From the NCBI GenBank assembly GCA_049297775.1, contig JBAQUX010000017.1:21337-85336 (forward strand): a stretch of 64,000 bases of DNA, given 5' to 3'. This DNA comes from Minisyncoccia bacterium (lineage in GTDB: Bacteria; Patescibacteriota; Minisyncoccia; Phycocordibacterales; UBA2100). Position 1 is the stretch's first letter. The number at the start of each line of letters is the position of its first letter. This document shows, in pieces, positions 58,334-64,000 of this stretch. Under the pieces are notes generated by a model. It was given only the letters and a program-made list of their open reading frames with translations. It was not told where the DNA came from and did no database searches. Both the position numbers and the translations under genes were made by a program.

Positions 58334-61300
58334 CTAGTCTTTCTTAACAATATCGACCAGCGGCCAAAATGGCTCACTGCCTGCGGCGACTAAATCATTC
58401 ACAAGATCTCTCACAGCAGGCCTCAATTTTTCATTAGAGTAGAGGGCTGTAAACGCCTCTTCCCATGTTTCGTCAATATAGACCCACCGCAATTCATCGT
58501 TGCGTAACTTGTTATCACTTCCAAGGAAGTGTAGACGAATGATTGTAAGCGTATCTTCCGGTGCTGCGTTTGCCAGCAATGGGAGTGACTTGGTCATACC
58601 GTGATCCCAACTGAGGAGTCCCGAGGTCTTCTCCATAGTTGCTCTCAGGTGCTTTGCTAAATAAGGTAAGGATATCACACCCTCCTCCGCATCAACCCAA
58701 AGCCCAAACGACGAGAGTATTACTCGACTTTCAATATGCTCATTTGCCCAAGTCCAAAATGCGAGCAAACGTTCGAGGAAGAAGTGGTTGTTTTTTGTTT
58801 GTTCTTCTATCCATTTTTTGGCACCTGACCTTGAGAAGGCCTGCCCGCCAATAAACTTAATAAACTCTGAGAGTCTTTCTTCATTCTGTGTGTCAATAAA
58901 CCTCTTTAGAATCTCACTATTCTCCGGTGAAAAATTGTCGTAGTGCATGAACGCCAAACCGAAGTGCGTAGCAAGGCCTTCGTCTAGATCACGGAAGTAT
59001 TTGCGCTTCGTGTACCGATCTTTATTCAACTCCATTAGGTAAGAGTATTCGGGCTGCATTGCCGTGAACACGTCGTACCACAGACCAGACGTTAAATATC
59101 CCTCCATAGCGGCAAGGTACAAATCGTTATTATTTCTATCGAAAATCATCCCAAAATGCTCTTGCATCCATTTCGGGTCTCGTAGGTAAAATGTTGCGAG
59201 ATACTTACCAAACAAGAATCTAACCGCACGAGTCTTCTCATTCTGAGCTAGCAGTACGTAGATAGACTTCACATCATCGCTTAAACGTATTTCGTCAGTC
59301 TTCTTACCTTTCTTTTCCTGCAACTGCACGTCCTTATCCACAAACATTGCAAGTGCCTGAAAGGCACGGCCACGAACAGAGTTTATAGCCTTTGTAAAAG
59401 GATCTGACTCCGAATACTCCTCTTCACCATCGTACTTAGTTCTGAGCTTAGGAATCTCTTCCTCTGGCGTAGGATCACTACTGACAAGCAGATATGCAAG
59501 GGTCTCGATGAAAAATTGCCTATTCTTTTCAAAACTGACAGGCTCACCGTCATACCTAAGCAGGTGGTGCAATAAATCTGTCAATGCCACACAAACCCCA
59601 TCCCAGTCAGACAAAAAGAAATCCTGGTTATTCTTATCACGAGTAACCTTAGAAAAAGGATTCGATTTACCAGATTCAATTATTTTTTGAATAAAAGTTA
59701 TTACACTGCTCTGTTGGTCAGGAGTGAGCTTGCCGTCTTTTTTTAAGTAACCAATAACACCCCAAATATATTTGTATGTATAGCCGGGGTCGATACTTTC
59801 CCGATCAAAGAAGGATGCGGCATTGTCGAGGTATTCAGACGGTCTCTCCGCAAAATCCTCTTCAATTTCTGCCGCAACCCCAGAAGCACTAATTGGCCTC
59901 AGGAAGTTTTGACTTGTATCTTTAATATTTTCAGGCCTAAGACGAGTCTTAAGCAGCTCGATCACTTCGTTAAGTGGCTTACCCTTTACAGACTCTGGTG
60001 CCTGTGGAATAACAGTGCCACCTGTCACTCCACTCGACATTGGTGTAGGTATGTAGTTTGGGTCTAACTTCCAACCTAACCCTTGCATTTTTGCCTTCAG
60101 CTCTTCGTTTAAATGACTGTGAATACATGACGCAATGCGAGAGGCACGAATAAGCGAAAATCTTTTTTCGTCCTCTTTTTCATCAGCGGGAAAGAGCTTG
60201 AACAGGCCATCTATATATTCACTTTGTTGTTCATGAGACAGAAAGTTGAAATGTCGCTTTAGCAAAGTTGCATACTCAGCGCCATACATTAAGTCGTGCA
60301 GCTCTTCCTTATTCTTTACGTATAGTATTCGCTGAATTGCCTCCACGATTACATCCTTAAGTGCATCTGGAGTCAAAGACATCAGTGAGAGCTTTAGTCT
60401 CCATGTTGTCTCACTTTCAGTCAAAGCTCTTGGAAACTGTTCGTATACGTGCACAATATTTAGAGCAAAAGCATTCTCAACAGCCTTCTTATACAGCAAC
60501 TTGTAAACTGCAAAAAGACTTCTGATATCTTCCTGCGAGTAGCTCTCTATATTTAATACATCCAGTTCAAAAAAGTCTACATCGGAAAAATAAAGCCCAT
60601 CATCGAGTCCTGATTTTGATTCTTGAGGATACATTTCCATTGCGAGTTTTACTACACGGTTGAGTGCATCATGCACAATATTCAAGCTCTGCTCAGGTTC
60701 ATTTGTGGAGAGTAGTGCTTCCACAACTCCCGTTCGTTTAAGATCATCTACATAAAACCAGCGTCGTGAATACGAATGTTCAACGTCGCTATTCTTCTCG
60801 ACACCTTTTACCGTAAGGACAATTTGTGCCAACTTGTTGATGGTGGTATCGTCACCCGCACTCTTTAAAGTCTTAAACATTTCATCATACTCAAATCCCC
60901 AAGTTCTGTAAGCTGCAAGCCAGTGCACCCAATCTTCGGCAACCATTTTTTCAACAAACTTTGCAAGATTTTCTGGTGAAAACTTAGTGGCAATACTGCG
61001 GAAGCGAAGCGGGATATTCACATTTACATTTCCCTCTTTCAGAGGTAGCGATAGAATGTGCTTTGCAACCAAATCTTCATCAAACTCAACCATTCTTTCT
61101 AAAAAACGCATCTCGGGAGAGAAATATGTTTCTTTACCTATTGTATCAAGACTGAACTTTTCAATTGTCAGAAACTGATTTTCAATCAACCACAACAGCC
61201 ACTCTTTGCCAATTGTCGAAAAAATAAATCTTCTAGCATCTAAACTTGGGTTAGAAAGTTGAACAAACAATTTCGCGGCGGAGTTACTGTTAAAGTCGCC

Positions 61301-61369
61301 GTTCACGATCTTTGTAATCTCATTATGAATCTGAATTGGATCAGTTGCCATATTGGTTGTTTTCTTCAT
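58334..61369 (-). CDS. Large hypothetical protein (1011 aa, predominantly alpha-helical, no recognisable catalytic motif)
   Basis: Uninterrupted 3-kb ORF, 29-nt overlap with the upstream 250-aa gene. Confidence 0.6.
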   Translation of the reverse strand: MKKTTNMATDPIQIHNEITKIVNGDFNSNSAAKLFVQLSNPSLDARRFIFSTIGKEWLLWLIENQFLTIEKFSLDTIGKETYFSPEMRFLERMVEFDEDLVAKHILSLPLKEGNVNVNIPLRFRSIATKFSPENLAKFVEKMVAEDWVHWLAAYRTWGFEYDEMFKTLKSAGDDTTINKLAQIVLTVKGVEKNSDVEHSYSRRWFYVDDLKRTGVVEALLSTNEPEQSLNIVHDALNRVVKLAMEMYPQESKSGLDDGLYFSDVDFFELDVLNIESYSQEDIRSLFAVYKLLYKKAVENAFALNIVHVYEQFPRALTESETTWRLKLSLMSLTPDALKDVIVEAIQRILYVKNKEELHDLMYGAEYATLLKRHFNFLSHEQQSEYIDGLFKLFPADEKEDEKRFSLIRASRIASCIHSHLNEELKAKMQGLGWKLDPNYIPTPMSSGVTGGTVIPQAPESVKGKPLNEVIELLKTRLRPENIKDTSQNFLRPISASGVAAEIEEDFAERPSEYLDNAASFFDRESIDPGYTYKYIWGVIGYLKKDGKLTPDQQSSVITFIQKIIESGKSNPFSKVTRDKNNQDFFLSDWDGVCVALTDLLHHLLRYDGEPVSFEKNRQFFIETLAYLLVSSDPTPEEEIPKLRTKYDGEEEYSESDPFTKAINSVRGRAFQALAMFVDKDVQLQEKKGKKTDEIRLSDDVKSIYVLLAQNEKTRAVRFLFGKYLATFYLRDPKWMQEHFGMIFDRNNNDLYLAAMEGYLTSGLWYDVFTAMQPEYSYLMELNKDRYTKRKYFRDLDEGLATHFGLAFMHYDNFSPENSEILKRFIDTQNEERLSEFIKFIGGQAFSRSGAKKWIEEQTKNNHFFLERLLAFWTWANEHIESRVILSSFGLWVDAEEGVISLPYLAKHLRATMEKTSGLLSWDHGMTKSLPLLANAAPEDTLTIIRLHFLGSDNKLRNDELRWVYIDETWEEAFTALYSNEKLRPAVRDLVNDLVAAGSEPFWPLVDIVKKD

Positions 61370-62093
61370 GTTCTGATTCTAGTATCAAGGAGTACATTTG
61401 CTCGTCGATTTTATTGAAGACATGCTCAGTCAACTCCTTGTGACTTTCAAGCTTGTTATATCCATTGATCAAATCTTTAAACTTATTTAGACTCTCAGAG
61501 GTAGGGAGTAAGCATTCCTTTCTTGCAATTTCTCCTAGGAAACTTATTGCACTAACATAGTCCTTTCTATCTACACATCCACATGCACTCTTATATGATG
61601 TAATCGAGGAATTGTAACTGTAGATCTGTGGCATCTTTTCAATTATGTAGCTACGTCGCCCGCTTACTTTAAATGCTTCAGGCTCTGCACTTAGACTTCC
61701 AATACCACTTGACACAGGGCCGAAAAAAATACTTTCAATTGGGCCATTAACAACTGTTTGATGCACAGTCGATTGTTCGTTTGCAGAAGCGACTGCACTG
61801 GCCTTACTGAGGTCGGCATTGCCAGCTCCTATTGTATCTTCTCTTCTAAAAAAGCTCGTTGCGAGGCGATGAAAACCTGTGCCCATCAAGAACGTCGCGA
61901 ACAGCGTCATTGCGTATTGATAAGTAAAATCGTCTGCTTGAAAATCAGGGAAGAGAATATTATGTAGAAATGGGTATGCGATTGCAAAAGTCTGCCCGAA
62001 GACAAGTTCACCAGCACTAACAAGCCAGGGTGCAGAATCAACCGATTGATTCGCATCTGAGAACATTTTTTTAACTGATTCGAGTGCATTCAT
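61341..62093 (-). CDS. Hypothetical protein (250 aa, one hydrophobic segment)
   Basis: First gene of the minus-strand operon; preceded by a 380-nt AT-rich region with a palindrome. Confidence 0.5.
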   Translation of the reverse strand: MNALESVKKMFSDANQSVDSAPWLVSAGELVFGQTFAIAYPFLHNILFPDFQADDFTYQYAMTLFATFLMGTGFHRLATSFFRREDTIGAGNADLSKASAVASANEQSTVHQTVVNGPIESIFFGPVSSGIGSLSAEPEAFKVSGRRSYIIEKMPQIYSYNSSITSYKSACGCVDRKDYVSAISFLGEIARKECLLPTSESLNKFKDLINGYNKLESHKELTEHVFNKIDEQMYSLILESEHEENNQYGN

Positions 62094-62194
62094 CGATGGT
62101 CTGACTTAGATACACATTATACCACGCGCATAATACAGGTTCTAACCTTCCTAAGTTCTGCCAGCACATGAGCGGAGCGAAAGTGATGACAGAA

Positions 62195-62216
62195 GTTATC
62201 AAATAGTTTTGATAAC
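62195..62216. promoter_or_regulatory. Perfect 9-bp inverted repeat with 4-nt spacer (GTTATCAAA tagt TTTGATAAC), candidate operator
   Basis: In the intergenic region upstream of the 61341..62093 operon. Confidence 0.35.
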
Positions 62217-62270
62217 GCCTTGGACTCGAAGACCGGAGCGATGTTTTTGTTTGCAGTACTCTGCAAGGCA

Positions 62271-62292
62271 AAAACCGCGAGGTCCGGTTTTT
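62271..62292. terminator. Bidirectional terminator hairpin (aaaaccgcgaggtccggttttt)
   Basis: Stem aaaccg/cggttt flanked by A-run and T-run, downstream of the 62476 gene. Confidence 0.4.
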
Positions 62293-62475
62293 GGAAAAGT
62301 GAGTCAACACTTTTACCAAAAAGAGTCGAGTCTGGCAGCCAAGTTTAGTTAATAGAAGATAAAAAAAACGTTTATAAATAGTGTTTTTTATTAGAAAATT
62401 ATTTTTTCACTTTTACAATAATTTTTCATTACTGCCCAACTTTTGATACCCTGACAACAATTATCAATTTTATAA

Positions 62476-64000
62476 TTAATACTTGTTGTTAGCAGGAAAC
62501 AACTTTCTTGCTTCTGCCAAGTTAACTCTGAATTTATAGCCGTGCTTTTCTAGTAGCCCAAGTAGCTTTGCACCATCAAGCAATGTTATTGGTTTGTTTT
62601 GAACGAAAGCATAAGCATCTGCTCCAAAAGTACTAGTGGTAACAAGTATTCCTCTTGATGCACCTTCATGAGCGACAACTGCGACCAAGTCTCTTACAGC
62701 ACTCACATCTACAGTGTTTGTATATCTTTTAGCTTGAATTACATACTTACCACCCCTAATAGGGTCAGGATTAAAGACAATAGCATCGACGCCTTTATCA
62801 CGGCTCGATTGAGTTAATTTAATCTCTGTTCCTTCTTCAGAAAACTCTTTTTGGAAAAGCTCAGCAATAAGGTTTTCAAAATCCTGCCAATCCATTGATG
62901 CAAGGTTGGTTTGCGCATCTAGTGTTCCAATCACTTCCTTGGTCTTAATAAACCTCTTATCCTTTTTATCCAAAGACATTACAGGAGACACAGGAATAAT
63001 ATCTATCAATTTACCTGCAGACTTTCCTTTAAGACCTAAGAATGCCGACAACGGATCGAGCTTAGATAACTTAAGTTGAACTATTTGCTCTTTGGTTGTT
63101 GCAAGTGAAGCTGTATATGTACGAGTTAAATTACCTGTCGCAGGATCATCAAATTCTACCCAGCCATTAAGGACAAGGAGTTTAATTTTATCTGCATCAT
63201 CGTTGCGAAATATTTCATATGCAATTCGCAGCATAACAGAAGGATGTATATTCGGAATTAATTCCTTACCTTCTTTAATCGTGAGAGGTTTCTCAACTGT
63301 CTCCCTTTTGAGATGGACTTCCTTTAGGACTTGATTGTGTACAACATCAGGCAACTTTATTTCGACAATTGCAATACCCTCGTTAACGTCAAAGTCTATA
63401 TCCCAAACTTTAGGAATAGATGCTGGAACAGTGATGTTATCAATGACAAAGTTAAATCGTTTGATAACGTCTTCTTTTTCGCCTTTTTCATAACCACTTC
63501 TTATAGCTTTGAAGAAAGCTTTCGCTTCATTTCCTTCTTGAATATCCTTCTCGATTGTCTTATTAAACTCTGCTATTTCATTATTTAAGGCATAAATTGA
63601 AGCAAGGTTTGTAAGCTTGTTGCTCTCAACCTTTGAAGAAAACGACGGGAAAGGCTTGGTCTTATGCGGTTGTTTAACCAAATCTTTTTCAAGTTCATCC
63701 CAAGGGTGCAAATCGGCAGAAAGTATTAGAGGTATATCCTCAATACAAAGACTACCCTTCTCTTTTCTCTGTCGAGTTGATTTTAACTGTGAAGAATCTT
63801 TTCTTTCTGCTTTAACCTTGGCAAATTCTGCTCTATACCTTTTTACGTTACGCTCAACTTCTTTTATTGTTTCTTCCTGCTCCCATCTTTCCATTCTTAA
63901 TTTTCTTTCCTTTTCTGCTCGCTCATTATCCTCGGCTTGGTTTCGAGCTGTAATTATATCTTTTTCTGCTTGTAATTCTTTTTTTCTGTCAGCAAAGGCA
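62476..64000 (-). CDS. Mrr-cat (restriction-endonuclease-like) domain protein with long coiled-coil/charged N-terminal region; 5' end beyond window
   Basis: C-terminal MDWQDFENLIAELF...GVDAIVF...VIQAKRY...RGILVTTSTFGADA matches the Mrr N-terminal catalytic domain pattern. The reading frame stays open upstream of the called ATG (63894) to position 64000. Confidence 0.7.
   Translation of the reverse strand, partial: AFADRKKELQAEKDIITARNQAEDNERAEKERKLRMERWEQEETIKEVERNVKRYRAEFAKVKAERKDSSQLKSTRQRKEKGSLCIEDIPLILSADLHPWDELEKDLVKQPHKTKPFPSFSSKVESNKLTNLASIYALNNEIAEFNKTIEKDIQEGNEAKAFFKAIRSGYEKGEKEDVIKRFNFVIDNITVPASIPKVWDIDFDVNEGIAIVEIKLPDVVHNQVLKEVHLKRETVEKPLTIKEGKELIPNIHPSVMLRIAYEIFRNDDADKIKLLVLNGWVEFDDPATGNLTRTYTASLATTKEQIVQLKLSKLDPLSAFLGLKGKSAGKLIDIIPVSPVMSLDKKDKRFIKTKEVIGTLDAQTNLASMDWQDFENLIAELFQKEFSEEGTEIKLTQSSRDKGVDAIVFNPDPIRGGKYVIQAKRYTNTVDVSAVRDLVAVVAHEGASRGILVTTSTFGADAYAFVQNKPITLLDGAKLLGLLEKHGYKFRVNLAEARKLFPANNKY

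Larger units (their letters stand above)
49528..64000. mobile_element. Putative integrated element at tRNA-Gln (serine-recombinase type); distal boundary outside window
   Basis: tRNA/integrase junction, then only hypothetical/accessory genes, visibly more AT-rich than upstream core, disrupted ATPase gene, nuclease-domain protein. Confidence 0.55.

Noticed and set aside
1-64000. CRISPR arrays or other tandem direct repeats
   Set aside because: No regularly spaced short direct repeats seen anywhere in the window. The only strong repeats are hairpin inverted repeats (terminators, operators).

Overview
Most of this 64-kb window (about 1-49.5 kb) is core chromosome of a small-genome bacterium. 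The gene set looks CPR/Patescibacteria-like (short AlaRS, short EF-Ts, ribosomal proteins with basic tails); this is inferred from gene content only. I see no rRNA and no CRISPR array. From 49.5 kb to the window end the sequence looks like an integrated, visibly more AT-rich accessory element at a tRNA-Gln gene, whose right end lies beyond the window.

Core region, in order:
- Translation and housekeeping genes: tsf, rpsB, alaS, folC, rplU, prfA, tsaC, rpmE (type B), rplY and tRNA-Thr, plus a malic enzyme, RmuC, a P-type ATPase, an ABC exporter and an MFS transporter.
- Cell-wall enzymes: NagZ-like GH3, an MltB-like lytic transglycosylase and an RlpA-like protein.
- A zinc-homeostasis cluster: YibE/F with a His-rich tail, a Fur/Zur regulator with two palindromic boxes, a secreted PG-binding protein and ZupT.
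- One long minus-strand operon reading FAD-oxidase - serB - rlpA - hypothetical - serA - serC.
- An unusual four-flavoprotein block: two FAD-linked oxidases and an HI0933-type flavoprotein around a bis-heme NOX/ferric-reductase-like membrane flavocytochrome.

Accessory element (49.5-64 kb):
- It starts with a large serine recombinase whose 3' end overlaps the tRNA-Gln.
- It carries a plus-strand cargo operon of small membrane and secreted proteins (DUF350-like, Excalibur domain, acidic protein).
- It carries a minus-strand operon of a 250-aa protein, a 1011-aa helical protein, a zinc-ribbon protein and a six-TM HerA/FtsK-family ATPase. That ATPase gene is interrupted by one in-frame TAG.
- It ends in an Mrr-cat nuclease-domain protein truncated by the window edge.
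- I regard this ATPase operon plus nuclease as the best candidate for an undescribed defence or DNA-transfer module.

Other noteworthy items are a structured 5' leader with mutually exclusive pairings upstream of a short amino-acid-kinase-fold gene, a 23-codon Lys/Ala-rich micro-ORF with its own terminator, and several intrinsic terminators.
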